Source: Cyanophora paradoxa CCMP329
Taxonomy: Eukaryota > Plantae > Glaucophyta
Reading direction: 5' to 3'
Length of the DNA stretch: 64,000 nucleotides
Assembly (NCBI GenBank): GCA_004431415.1
Contig: QPMI01000675.1
Span: 1 to 64,000, forward strand
Shown here in pieces: positions 11,201 through 23,600 of the stretch. Within the stretch, counting starts at the first letter, position 1; every line of letters begins with the position of its first letter. The notes beneath the pieces were generated by a model that saw only the letters and a list, made by a program, of their open reading frames with translations, ran no database searches and was not told the origin of the DNA. Both the position numbers and the translations under genes were made by a program.

Positions 11201-13814
11201 GGGGGGCGGGGTCGGCGGCTCGCGGGGGCCCTCGCACGGCTCCGGCTGGAGGGGCGGGGAGGGCGCGCCTGCTGGACGAGGGAGGACTTGCCCAGGCCGG
11301 CCTCCGCCTCGACCAGCAGCGTCGAGCCGCGCCCTGCCCCCGCCCCGCGTCAGAGCCGGCGGGGCGCGGGCCGCGGGCGGGGCCCGGGGCGCCGGCGCCT
11401 GCGGCGAGGCCCTCGACGGCGGCGGCGATGCGGGAGAGCTCGCGCTCGCGCCCGACGTAGCACGTCTTCAGGATCGACGCCGCCCGCCGCCGCGTCGAGG
11501 CGCCCCGCCTGCCCCGCCCAGCCCGCTCGAGCCGGCCGGCTCGAGGACGGGCCGGGAGCTGCGGGGCGGGGCGGGGCGCACGCGGAGGCGAGGCCGTCGG
11601 CGAGGCGGACGGCGCGGAGGGAGCGCGAGGCCACAGCCGAGGGGCGGCGCTCGCCGGCGGGGCGGGCGCGGAAGACGGCGACGGGCTCGGCCCAGCCCTT
11701 GAGCTCCACCTCCCCGCGCGACTCGAACGAGACCTGCCGCCCCGCGTTGGCCCGCGTCGGCCCGGCTCCGGCGCGGGGTGGGGCCCGGCACGATCGGCTC
11801 GGACCTCGGCCTCAGGGCGGGCGGCGGCGGCGGCGACGACGGACTCGTCGCAGAGGACGGCGGAGCGGAGCTCGCCGGCCGCCACCGCCCCCCGCGCCAC
11901 CACCATCAGCCGCGCCTACCCGCCCCCCCGCCCCCCGATTCAGCGGCCGCCGCGGCAAGGGGAATGCCAAGAGGGGGCGCACGGCCATGTTGACGGCGGA
12001 GCCGAGGACGGCGTACTCGCGGCGGCAGCCCGTGCCGAGCTGCCCGCAGAACGCCCGCCCGGAAGAGAGCTGCGGGCCGGCTGCTCAGCGCGGGCAGGCG
12101 GCGGCGCACGTACACGCACCCCGCAGGCGAAGGGGGCCCCCGTCTGGCGGAACCACGCCTCCAGGCCTAGCGCGCTCCGCAGCGCCCGCGCCGCGTCTGC
12201 GCGGCGCGCCCGCCGGGGCCGTCGCGCCGATGTCAGATCGGAGCGAGGCCGGCGGCGGGGGCGGGGGCGGGGGCGGGGCGCGGACCGTCCTCGTGGGCGT
12301 GGTTGGGGGCGCCCCAGACGACCAGCGAGCTCGCGCCCTTGTCGTCGATGAAGACTGGCGGCCCCGGCGGGCGCGGCGGTGAGGCGCGCGCGAGGGCGGG
12401 GCGGGTGGGCGGCGCACCCTTGCAGAGGAGGCCGCCGTAGTCGGCCGCCGCCTGCTGCACGCCCCACACCACCTGCCCCCCGCCCCCCAGCGTCAACTCG
12501 GATCTTCCCCCTCGCGCCCGCCCGTCTGCCCCGCGGACCTGCTGGAAGCGGGCAGCGTGCGGGGGCGGGGCGCCGGCGGCGCCGGCGTGGGGGCCGGCGG
12601 CGAGCGGGGCGGCTAGATCAAGCTCGGGGAAGCCGAAGAAGGCGACGAAGAGGACGCGGATGTCGTTGCGGAAGGCCTCCGACGAGGGCGCACCCTCCCG
12701 CACCACCGCTGCCGGCCCCGCCTCAGCGCGGCGCCTCGCCGGGGCGCGCGGGGCGGGGGCGGACGCGGGGCGAAGAGGGGGAGGACGTCGTCGAGGGCGG
12801 AGAGGCCCGGGGCGTCCAGGAGCTCGCCCCCGGCCGCAGCCCCGCACGCGCAGGCCCCGTTCAGAGGCACCCCCGCCCGCGGCGGCTCCGGCGAGAGGAA
12901 CTGCAGCAGGTGCCCCGCGCCGCCGGCGGCCGGGTGCGCGCGGCAGCGCGAGCCGAGGAGCTCGCGCGCCGCCGGGGAGAGCAGCACGTCGCCGTCGCCG
13001 GCTAGCGGCAGACCCTCGACCACCTGGCCCCGGGCCCGTCGGCCCGGCCCGCCGGCCCGGCCCCGGCTCGGCTCGAGCCTGCGCTCGGGCGCCGCGCACC
13101 TGGCGGATGGCGTCGCCGGCAAAGGCCATGTGGGCGGCCTTCAGACTGCCCCTGAGGCAGTAGGCGAGGAGCTCGCCCGAGCCGACGCACTGGTTGACCG
13201 CCAGCTTCGGGCCCGAGGCGCGCGCCGCGGCGGCGGCCCGGAGGGCGACGGCGGCGGCGGCGGCGCGGTGCGCGGAGGCGGCGAGGGCCTCGACGCCGGC
13301 GCCGCGGGCCGGGACGAAGCAGAGGAGCGCGTCGCCCGCGAAGAGGCACACGTCCAGCTCGTGCTCGTGCAGGATGCGGATCAGCTCAGCGAACAGGCCG
13401 CCGATCAGCGAGGTCAGCTGCGCGGGGAGCGCGCGCGGGGAGGCGGGTCAGCGGCTCGCGGCGCGGCGCGGCGCGGCAGGATCCCGGCCCCCGAGTTCGG
13501 GGAAGCTTCAGGCCGAGCTCGTACCTCGTCGGCCGCCGAGTGCTCGTCAGAGAGCACCATCTGGCGCGCGAGCTTGCTGTATCCTTTCACTGCGGCGCGC
13601 CGGCTGGCGGTGAGAGAGCACCCCGCGCTGCGTGCCGGCCCCGCGGACCGTCCAGGAAGAGGGCCGAGCCCGTGAGGCGCGTCACCGTGGCATCCGAGTG
13701 CCGCAGCTGCTCCAACTCGCCCCGCTGGAGCCGCAGAAGACGGGACGGAAGGTAGGGGAGGCACCGGGCCAGCAGCGTGCCGGCGCCCGCCGGCGCCGCC
13801 GGGGCGGCAGCCAT
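5296..13814 (-). CDS. Soluble adenylyl cyclase (ADCY10/sAC)-like class III nucleotidyl cyclase with tandem catalytic domains, STAND P-loop NTPase and helical C-terminal region
   Basis: Spliced exons give C1 ALFLD|VKGYSKL and VCLFAGDALLCF; C2 DIRVLFVAF, GGLLCK|VFIDDKG and FCGQLGTGCRREYAVLGSAVNMA|ARLM; ELKGWAEPVAVF; YVGREREL; Walker A EAEAGLGKS (~11285-11310); Walker B VIVEDVH|WLDSASW; ANGVPLYLIEL; VPDSIQQ|IVLSRVDRL; FEFSHALLQEA|VYGSM. ATG at 13814. The 3' end is taken from the last ORF stop at 5296. Confidence 0.85.
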
Positions 13815-14678
13815 AGAGGCGCGCGGCGCGGTCGTGCTGGAGGCTGGAGCTCGCAGGCTCACGTACGAGGCCTGCAGACTGCAACTGCAACTCTCGCCGC
13901 CCTGCCTGATCCAGACACCACTGGGGCCAGCCTGGCAGCGGTTAGCACTGCACCTGCAACCTCAGAGCTCGAGACCGCGAGGCCGCTTCAGGCCGAGCTC
14001 AGGCTAAGGCTAGCTGCAGCCGAGGCAAGCTTCGCTAGCGCTACCGGCGGCGACTCGGCGCCCGCCGCCGCATGCGCACCGCCGCCCACGTGATCTTGAA
14101 ACTTGATGATCTCGAGGGAGCGCCCGGAGCGCCGCACCGCCGCCCGGCGCCCACTTGAGCTTGATGAGGGAGCGCGCGCGCGCCGCGCAGACGGCGCCGG
14201 CGCTGACCCGTACAAGTGGGGTAGAGCGTTTTTGGCGTGGGATACCGAGTACCTATAGCTAGCTAGGAGGAGCCGCCTAACTATAATTGCAGCAAATTGC
14301 TGGCAATCTTTTGCGGCCCGGGGAGCGAAACGCCCAGCTGCGAGAAGGGGTACAGTACGCCCCGGCCCTCGGGGTACGCGGCCGGGGAAGGCCGAGAGAG
14401 CGCCAGCTGCAGGCTACAGCTAGCGCTGCAGGCCGAGAGAGCGCCGGCGCCAGCTGCATGAGCTCGAGGAGCTCAAGGCCCGTCGACGTCCAGCGCCAGC
14501 GCTGGCGCCGCCGCGCCGGCCCCGCCCGGGCGGCGCGCCGTACGCGTGGCGCGGGCGCGGCCGCGGGCCGGCCCGGCCCGGCCCACCAGGCCAGTACGGC
14601 CGCTGGGCGCCCGTGCACGTGCGCGCCACGGGTCTCTACAAAATGCGAATACTCCTCTCCTAGGCCTGCCGGAGTGCA

Positions 14679-15432
14679 CTAGATATCCGCCGCTGAGGCC
14701 GCTGGATCGGGATCGGCCGCGGGCGGCGCGCCGGCGACCTCGGCGCTGGCGCTGGCGCGGGGGCAGGGGGCGAGGCGCCCCGCCGCCGCCACCAGCGCCT
14801 CCTCCATGGCCAGCTCCTTCCCCCGCACCGGCTTCTGCGGCGGATCGAGACCGAGATCGAGGGCCGGGGGCCCGGGCCGGGCGTGCCGGGGCGGGCGGGC
14901 GGACGGCGAGGAAGGCGTCGAAGCCGGCGTCGGCGCACTCGACCCGGTTCCGCGCCCCCACGTTCGCTGCCCGGACGTCGACGGGGGCTCATCGGGCCGG
15001 GGCGCCCCGGCGAGCTCGAGATCTGGAGGCTGCTCCGGGCGCACCAGAGAGGGCGATGGCGTAGGGGAGGCGCCCCGGGGGCAGTTCGGCCCGCACGCGC
15101 CGCAGGCTCTCCAGCCCGTCCATCCGCGGCATCATTATGTCTGCCCGCGCGTGCACGTCCCGGCCCGGGCCGGCGCGAAATCGAATCAAATGCATATGTC
15201 AGCACGAAAATTAACCGCGAAAAGTTTTAACTACAAGGCGGAAACGCGAAAACGAGCTGTCGCTCCCACGAGCTGGAGGGGCACCGGAGAGGAGCTCGAG
15301 GACGTCAAAGGGATCGCCGCGGGCCTCATGATCAGCGGCCGCCGGACGCGCGCCGCCTCCTGCGCCTCTCGCCCGTCCCATGGCCACGCGTGCACGACCC
15401 GCGCCGTAGCCCAGCTTCCGCAGCTGCACCAC
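14679..15432 (-). pseudogene. Degenerate response-regulator receiver (REC) fragment, paralogous to the C-terminus of the neighbouring hybrid histidine kinase
   Basis: VQLRKLGY..VVHA(WP)WDG..PFDVL(EL)LS|DIMMPRMDGLESLRRVRAELPPGRLPYAIALS|ANVGARNRVECADAGFDAFLA|KPVRGKEL(AM)EEAL. The first exon is frameshifted, there are several 6-nt palindromic insertions, and no kinase part was found upstream. Confidence 0.75.
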
Positions 15433-16428
15433 CTAAATTAAAGAGCTAGAGGACCCCTTAAGCTTATAGAATAATTTATAATTAGCTATATATATATATA
15501 TGGATACGTATAGGCCAGGGGAGAGCTGGGAGCAGCAAACAGCTGCAGGCGAGCGATGTTGGCCGCCGGCTGCGCTGGCGCTGCGCTGTCGATTCCCCCG
15601 CTTTTGCACGCGCTCGGCGTCGACGTGACGCGCCGGCACCGCGAAAACCCGCGCTTCGCGCAGCGACAGGACGGAGAGTTTTCACGAGACCACGCGCCCG
15701 TCGGTACGCGCCCGTACGCGTACAGTCGAAATGAGTTGGATTCAACCGGCGGGATCGGCGGAGTTTGACCGGCCGCGGCCGGGAAATTTTCGCAGAGCTG
15801 CCGGCGAATCACGATTCGCGCGCTCGTCTGTGGACCGACGCATTCCGCGCAGGTAAAACCTCGCACAGAAAACGCCACTAGTACTAGTACTGCTCTGATT
15901 TATACGGCATGGCCGCTCGCGATCGTGCGCAGCGGCCGAAATCGTGGTGCTTCGGAGGTGCGATATGCATGCGCGCAAGCCCCGGCGCGCGGCCCGGAGA
16001 CGGCCGGGCCGGGGTCTTGGCGGCGCTGGCGCCGGCCGAGCGCGAAAATAGCTAATGTAACCCCGATTCAGCTTGGGCGCTCGCATTATCTGTGCAGATG
16101 CAGGGCCGGGCTTCCCTCGCGGCATGCGCGTCCGATCTAGGGCGCTGTTGAGCCCGGTGAGCGGGCGCTCTAATTTAATTTAATTTAAATTTACTATTCT
16201 TTAGATCTGCGAACGATAGGACTGCATGCGCACCTGGGCCGGGGGCTCTAGCTATAGACCTTCGCAACCGTCAATGTTTGATCGTGACGCCGTATGCAGT
16301 TCGACCGCCTCACTTCGATCTGGGCGGGGGACGTCTCTGCTTTCCTCTTCGTGCGCACATTTCGAATTCGAATTCTTTTTTTAACGCGATCGGATATCAT
16401 ACCGTTAGCCTCATCAAGCCTTTCGCAG

Positions 16429-17302
16429 GACGCCTCTGCCGCATCCGCGGCGTCGCCTTGCTGGGAGATGAGGTCCCGCGGCCCGGCCCGGCGCCCCAGC
16501 TAAAGTCTGCAGGCGCCACTCGGCGAGCGGTTTCGATTTCGAGGGGCGCGCAGCTTCGTGCGGGCGGCGCTGGCGGAAGACTCCCTCGACGTCTTCCTGC
16601 CCGCCCCGCCCCCGGGCCTCGCCCGTGTCCACGTCGCCCCGGGGCCCGACGCCGTCCGCCGCGCCCTTCCTATAGCTATACTTAGCGCGAAAATCACTTC
16701 TCGGGATCCCGTCGACGTCGAAGTCACAATTCTCGCAGCGGGACACGCAGCTAGCGGTGCGGCGGCTCCAGCGGTTCCTCTGGCGCCGCGAGGCAGTACG
16801 CCCTCACTGCTGGTTTTAATTCGAATTGAAGATTTTAATTTGTAAATTCTTTTGTAGTGTGCCGAGTGGCCGGCGGGCGGCGAGCCGACGCCCTTCGAGA
16901 GATGGTTCGCCGTCAACCGCGCCCGCCAGGTCTGCCGCGAAAATGGAAATCTAGATCCGCGAAACTCGATGCCGCGAAATTCGGTCAATTTAATTTTGCA
17001 GTTACATGAAGTTCACGTGCGATTAATATTACACGAATCGCAGATCCTGGAGGGGCGGCTGCGGGAGGTGCGGGCCCTGGCGGCGGCCCTCCTCGAGCGC
17101 CGCGCCCTCTCGGGCCGCCAGGTCGAGCCCCTCTCGCCCCGTCCCGCCCATCGAACCAGCTCCCTCGCCCTTCGCCGAGGCGCTGTTGCAGGTGGAGTGG
17201 ATCGTGCGGGGGGCGGCGGGGCGGGCGAAGGCGGAGGGGGCGGAGGAGCCGGCGCGCGCGGAGAGGAAGAAGACCGCCGGCCGCGCAGCGATGGCCGCCT
17301 GA
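16429..17302 (+). CDS. Small multi-exon hypothetical protein (or relic) whose C-terminal exons resemble the terminal helices of FtsH/M41 peptidase domains
   Basis: In-frame exons 16858-16929, 17044-17121 and 17192-17302 with GT-AG borders give ...RARQ|ILEGRLREVRALAAALLERRALSGRQ|VEWIVRG... (A.xIL...L.ALA.ALLER..LSG..V pattern). The 5' part is uncertain and no HExxH motif was found. Confidence 0.35.
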
Positions 17303-17632
17303 TATCGATGGTGAAAGCAGCTGCAGCCCGGGGGCCGAATTCGAAGCGAGCCTGGTCGAAGTCAACTTGGAAGGGCTCTCCAAGGCGCTATAGCTTGGCG
17401 AAATATTAATTGCACGATATATCAGCTAGCGCTAGCTATATTGATGTTCAATATCAGGCTTCAGACACAGGCTTCAGCTAGACAATAAGCTGGGCTGGAG
17501 AAATTTCAGTGACTCGCAACTGAACAACACGGGGCTTCAAATAGATTACTTGTGCCGGCCATATCTTGCTTGTCGACACGAAACGGAAAGCTTATTTACA
17601 ATTTAGCTGTTTACAATTTAGCTGCGTGTGCA

Positions 17633-20600
17633 TCACTCCTCGCGCTCCCCAATTGAATCCGGGCGGAGGGCGGGCGGGGGCTCGCGATCGCGGCCGCTCG
17701 AGGCCGCGGCCGGCGCTCCGGCACCGCCACCGGCGGGGGCGCCCGGCGCCCCCACCGCCGCGGCGGCCTGGGCGAGGGCGCGGGCGAGGTCGTCCACCCG
17801 CACGGGCTTCTGCGCAGGGGCCCCGGCGCCGGCGTCGGGGCGGCCCGCGGCGGAGGCGCGTCAAGGGCGGGGTGCACGGGGCGGACCGCGAGGAAGGCGT
17901 CGTAGCCGGCCTCGGCGCACTGGCGCCGGTCGCGGGCGCCCACGTTGGCGGAGAGGGCGATGGCGTAGGGGACGCGCCCCGGGGGCAGCTCGGCCCGCAT
18001 CCGCTGCAGGCTCTCCAGCCCGTCCATCTCCGGCACTGTCCGCGGCGCTCACTCAGACTTGGCCGACCGGGGCGGGGCGGGGTGGGGCGCGCTCATGATG
18101 TCGGAGAGGAGGACGTCGAAGGGGGCGGGGCCGGCCGCCGCCTCCCGCGCCGCCCGCAGCGCCTCCAGCCCGTCCCCCGCGTGCACCACCCCCTTGTGGC
18201 CCTGCCCCGCGGCCGCCCTCGAAACCAGAAGGGCGGCGAGCGCGGCGAGGGGCGGGGCGGGGCGGACGAGCTTGGCGAGCTGCATGAGGAGGATCCTCGC
18301 GTTCGTCGGCGTGTCCTCTGCGCCGGGCACGCGAGGCGGGGCCGGGCGGATCGGCCCCGTGAGCCACAGGGCCATACGACGCCTGGACAGCGCGCTCGAG
18401 CCGCTCACCGACGAGGAGGATACGGGGCTGCCTCTGCGCTGGCGCCTTGGGCTCGGCGGGGGCGGGGGAGGCCTCCGGGGCGGCCGCCGGGGAGCCTGCA
18501 GCTGGGGGCGCCGGCTCGACCCGCTCCGCCTCCGCCATCGCCGCCTCCGCCGCGCTGGCGATCCCGATTCAAGCTCCGTGCGAATGTTTGGGCCGCAAAG
18601 GGGCTCGTTTACCGCGTTGAGGGTGTCTCCGACTCCGTTTCCGCTCTAGACCTGGTGTCGTGCGAGGATCCAGACCACGGAGGGGGAGACAGGACCGCTC
18701 ACCTTGTGGAGTAGTCGTCCGCGGGCCCGAGGACGAGCCGAGGCAGGCGATGCCGGCGCCGGGCGCCCCGGGCGTTCGCGGGTGTGCCGCGTGAGGGCGT
18801 CGTGCAGCGCCTGCTCCGAGAGGGGGATGCGCAGCGAGCAGACGTTCGGGCCCAGCAGCGCTGCGCGCATCGAAATCAGAGCGAGCTGTAATGGCGCGGC
18901 CCTGGTCCGCGACGGCACCTTTGTCGATGATGACTGTCGAGCGGAGCACAAGGAGGCGCGGGGGCGGCCGCCCGGCCTCCGGGGGGTGTGCCGCGTCGAG
19001 CGCCGCCCGCAGCCGCGCGACCTGCGGCGGCGCTCGGCCGGAGCCGCCGTCCGATGCCGCGCGGGGCGCACGGCGGCGGGGGCCTCGGCGGGGGGACGAG
19101 GGAGGGCATGAAGAAGAGGACGGCGGCGATGTCGCCCCGGCGGCCGCCTCCCGCCGGATGAGCTCCTCGGCCTCCGCCAGCGTCCTCGCGCGGGGCGCGC
19201 GCATGCCCCAGCGCCGGGCGTCGGCGGGGACGCCCCCGCCCACAGCGCCTCGTCCACCGCCAGCACCACCGCCCGGCCCCGAAGCGCCGCGTAACCCTGG
19301 CCCCCACCCCGCCCCGCCCCGCCCCGCCTCAGCCCGGCCGCGGGGATCGCAGGCGGGGCGAGGAGGGCACGGGGAGGGGCCGCAGGTCGTCGGCCGGGGG
19401 CGCCGGCTCCGCGCGGAACGTGAAGGCGAACGTGGAGCCTGCCCCGCCCCGCGTCGCGCCGCGCCGGCTGGGGCGGAGAGGGCGGGCGGGGGCGGGACCG
19501 GAGCCCGGGGTGGAGACGAGGGCGATGCCGCCCTCGAGGGCCCGCGCGATGTTCATCGAGATGAAGAGCCCCAGGCCCGTCCCTGCGCCCCCGCCCCGTC
19601 GCCCCAGCGCCGCGGTCCGCGAGCGGGGGCCGGCGGCACGGGCACCGTGGTAGCGGCGGGACTTGGAGGCGTCGAGCTGCGTGAAGAACGCGAAGAGCTT
19701 CTCTGCGCCCGCCCCCGCCGCTCGGCCCTCGCGAATCCGAACAGGACACGGGGGACAGCGCACGCTGGTCCTCGTCGCTGATGCCCGGCCCCGCGTCTGC
19801 GCGCGCGGCACAGACGCTCGTCGCTCAAACGAAGGCCGAGGGCGGGCGGCGGGCGGGCGGGGGGAGGGGCGGCGCGCCGGTGACGGCGATGCGGAAGAGG
19901 TGGCGGCCGTCAGGGCCCGGGCAGCCCTCGGCCTCCACCTGCTCCCCCGGGCGCGCGCCCAGCTCGGGCCGGCGCTGCGGGAGGGCGGCCGGGGCCGGGA
20001 CCGGGGCTCGGCGGGGGCGGAGCACCTCGACGACGACGCGGCCGCCCGCCTCGGAGACCTTCGCCGCGTCTGGCCAGTCCCGGGACCACGTCAGCCGTGC
20101 GTCTCCGGGGCGGGGCGGGGCCGGCCGCGCGCACTCCCCACGAGGTTGATCATGACTGCACGGGGGGCAGCGGTCAGAGGCGGTGCGATGGGGCGAAGGT
20201 GCGCGAGGGCGGGGCGCGCCCTGCCGGATGCGGCCCTTGTCGGAGACGATGAAGCGGGGCGTCCCCTCGTGCATCTGCGCGGCACCGCCGGTCAGCCGGC
20301 GGCGGCGCAGGAGGGCGGCCGGCGGGGTGAGACAGACGAGGAGCTGAAGCGAGACGTTCTTCGAGGCGGTGACGGGCCTGGTGCGGCGCGACTTGCCGCC
20401 GGGCACAAATGGATGGAACGCAAGGGTGAGGGAAGCTTAAGCACCACATGAGGTCCATGACATCTTGAGCACAGGCTCGGAGGTCGAACGGCCCCGTGGT
20501 GATCAGGAGCCGCCCGCCGCGCTCCAGCGCGCTCGCATCGAGCACCTGCGCGAACACTGTGAGGTCTGCCAAAGAGGCCGCTGCCGCGGGCGCCGCAGAT

Positions 20601-23600
20601 GATCTCACCTCTCCGACCAGGTCGACGAGCCTGCGAGGCATGACGAGTCGGGCGATCGCGAGGCGCGGTTGGCGGCATGCGCGGCACGCACGCTTGGGCG
20701 GAGGAGCGGATGATCTGGAGGTACTCGCGAAGGTCGAGCGGGGGTTGCATCCCCAGCATCAGGTCCGTCAGCCCGAGCACCTGCAAACGCTGGCTTAGAT
20801 AGAGACGTGGGAGCGGGGCGAGACCTGCGGCGCGCGCGCGCACCGCCTGCATCGGCGTCCGCATCTCGTCTGGCCATGGCGCGACTACCGAGTCAAGAGC
20901 CGCACGCGCGGCGGGGCGGCGGGGGCGGGGCGGGGGGGCGGACGGGTGACGACGGAGAGGAAGTCGGCCTTGGCGCGGGCGGCGGCCTGCGCCGCCTTCA
21001 CGAGGTCCGCCTGCGCCAGGGCGATCCCCACCGCCTCGCACACGTCCTCGAAGAGCGTCCTCTCCTCCCCGCTCACCGCCCGGTCCTCCCCCGCCCACTT
21101 CACCGCCACCACCCCGTTGACCTGCCCCCGCGCCCCCGTCGTGCTGGTGGATACAAATGCATGGTTGATGAGATACGAGCGGGCGCGCCCTGCCGCCGAA
21201 GGAGGTGGCGCGGAGGAGGCAGGAGCGGACGCCGAGCTCGTCGGCGGCGCGGGCGATCTCGTCGTTGGCGAAGCCCTCGGGCCCGCACGCCCGCTCCCCG
21301 GCCCACTCCTGCGCCTTCCGGATGTCGCCCAGCAACAGCGTCGCGCCCGCCTTGTCGCGGACGAAGGCCTGCGAGGGGCCGCACGCGTCAGCTCACTAGA
21401 TGCGCATGCGCGTGGCGAAGCGGTAGCGCGCCTGTATGCGGCGCTGGACGGTGGGCAGGGCGTGCGCCCCAAGGTCCAAACTTGAAGAGCTCGAGTTTGG
21501 CTCCGCGCGATTGCTCCGCTTGATTGCAACCTCCTGAACCTGCGCGTGGCGATTGCATTGCAACCTCAGCAGCTGCGGCAAAAAGCGATGTCCCCAGGCC
21601 TAGACCAATGATTTTCCCGAAGAGGCCGCACCTCGACGCCATTCTTGCCTTCCGCATCGAGTGTCACAATCTGCTTTGTTTGATCATGATACCAGCACGC
21701 CGGTCGATATCGATGTCTATAGGTCTAGATCTAGTTCTAGAGCAGTGCCCGGGGATCGCGACCGCACCTCGACGTGGTCGGCGTCGAAGACGTCGCGCAG
21801 CCGCTGCGCCGTCGCCTCGATAATCCTGCGACGCCCCGTCAGCGAACTGCCGTAAATATCCAGTGCAGAAGATGCAGCGCACTTGTGCGGCTCGAGCGTG
21901 TCGCGGATCTCCGCGGTGATCGTTCGGAGGAGGGTCGCCCGCTCGAGCTGCGTCGCCCGGGGGCGCGCGGGTCACAGATCTAGACCGTCAAGATCCAGAT
22001 GGCGTCGCTGAAACGGCGAAGGCGCCGGCGCGCGCGCCTCGGAGCGGAGGAGGCGGTTCTTGGCCTCGAGGTCCCGCAGGAGGTTGTCCTGCCCGATCGC
22101 GTGCCCTGCACCGCGGAAGAGGGGGCGATCTTACGTTGCAAATGCATCTAAGCCGTCGGCTGCGAGCGCCGCGCACCGATCTGGTCGCAGACGCTCTCGA
22201 AGATCGCTGCGGCGGCGCGCGCGCAGAAGTAGCCTCACGATCAACCGCCGAATTCGAAGCGGTGGCGGCGCAAAGATCCGAAATCGTCCCTACCAATCTC
22301 GTGAGGGGTGGGCTCCTTTGCACTCTCCCAGGATACCGAAACTAGACCCGTAACCTGCAGGGTATTCAGCTAAATGCAGGGAGGCGAAGTTCGGCGCGAG
22401 AGATCTAGAGGACCTGGCCACCCCACTCAGTCGCTCGGACGAGGCTGGAGCGAATGCCGAGCTCCTTCAGGCTCTCCTTCAATTTTTCGAACTCGTCCTG
22501 CGACGTCCGTGTACACATGTCATTCTTAATTCCGAACGCAGCTCTAACGAGAATTCGGAGCAGGCAGGATTCGCACATCAGACTCGTCGGCGGGGCCCCC
22601 GCTGTCGAACTGCGGGATCCTTTCCTGCCAGTTAAGCGAGAATAGAGTCCGCCCTGCACATTCGAGGAAGCGCTGTCGGGTACTTATAGTGAGCAACCGA
22701 GAACAAGCGCTTTCACGCTCGCGCACACGCTCGCACACCTGGAATCGGTGCATGATCGCAGGCGCATAGTTGGCTGGCGCCACTTCCTCGACGAGAGGGT
22801 GTCCCCGGCGAAGAATGACCTGTAGAATGCATTAATATGTCAAGGCGCCGCTGGTCGGCTTCAGAACACGAACTCGAAGGTCGGCCGAGGTGCCGAAGTT
22901 GCGGCAGCCGCCAGTGCACGGGTGGATAACGACGCTGTCGGCCTGCCCCCGCTCAGCGCGGTGGATCGTGCTCTGCAGCGAAAAATAGCATCTGCGCGCA
23001 CCTGGAATACATCGAGGATGCGGCCAATCGCGCTGCGAACTACTTCGCGAACGTTCAGCTTCGTGCGCGTGTCCGCAGCGATGCCCTGCCGCAGCGCGAG
23101 GTCGAAGACGAGAACACTCACGTTCGAATATTACAGCTGCTGATCCATGCCATGCATATGTCCGGATCTCGATGCGGAGGGGCGCCGGCGCACCTGCAGC
23201 AGGGCTTCGCTCCTGAGGGTGAGCTGCAGCTCCGCCGTTCGCTCCGCGTGCTGCCGCGCCCAGCTCCAGCTTAGAGCGAGCAGCAAACAAAGAGGACTGC
23301 AGCTGTGCGCCGCGCTTCGCGCACTTCAGCCGCGAGCCTCTTGTTCGTTGCCTCGAGATCGTGCAGCAAGTGCCCCTGGCCGATCTGGCCGTCGTTTATC
23401 GATCAGGAGAGCAAACCTCGGCCAGGCGGTGGCTGGGCCCCCACCAGGATCGAGACTTGGTCGGCGACTGCTTCGAACAGCTCCACGTCCTCCGACGTGA
23501 ACTGCGTGGCAGTGGGTCGAACCGAAAAATTCTGACAAAGAGATTCGGACAGCTGCAGGAGGCCCATATGCATGGGCGCACGTCGAGAATCGAGTCCCAT

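Noticed and set aside
19135-19237. Two apparent frameshifts in the intact kinase (C4 at 19135-19138, C5 at 19233-19237)
   Set aside because: Both are one base short in homopolymer runs relative to the in-frame paralogue at 27255-27430. This is most likely sequencing or assembly error, so I do not call pseudogenisation or programmed frameshifting; raw reads would settle it.
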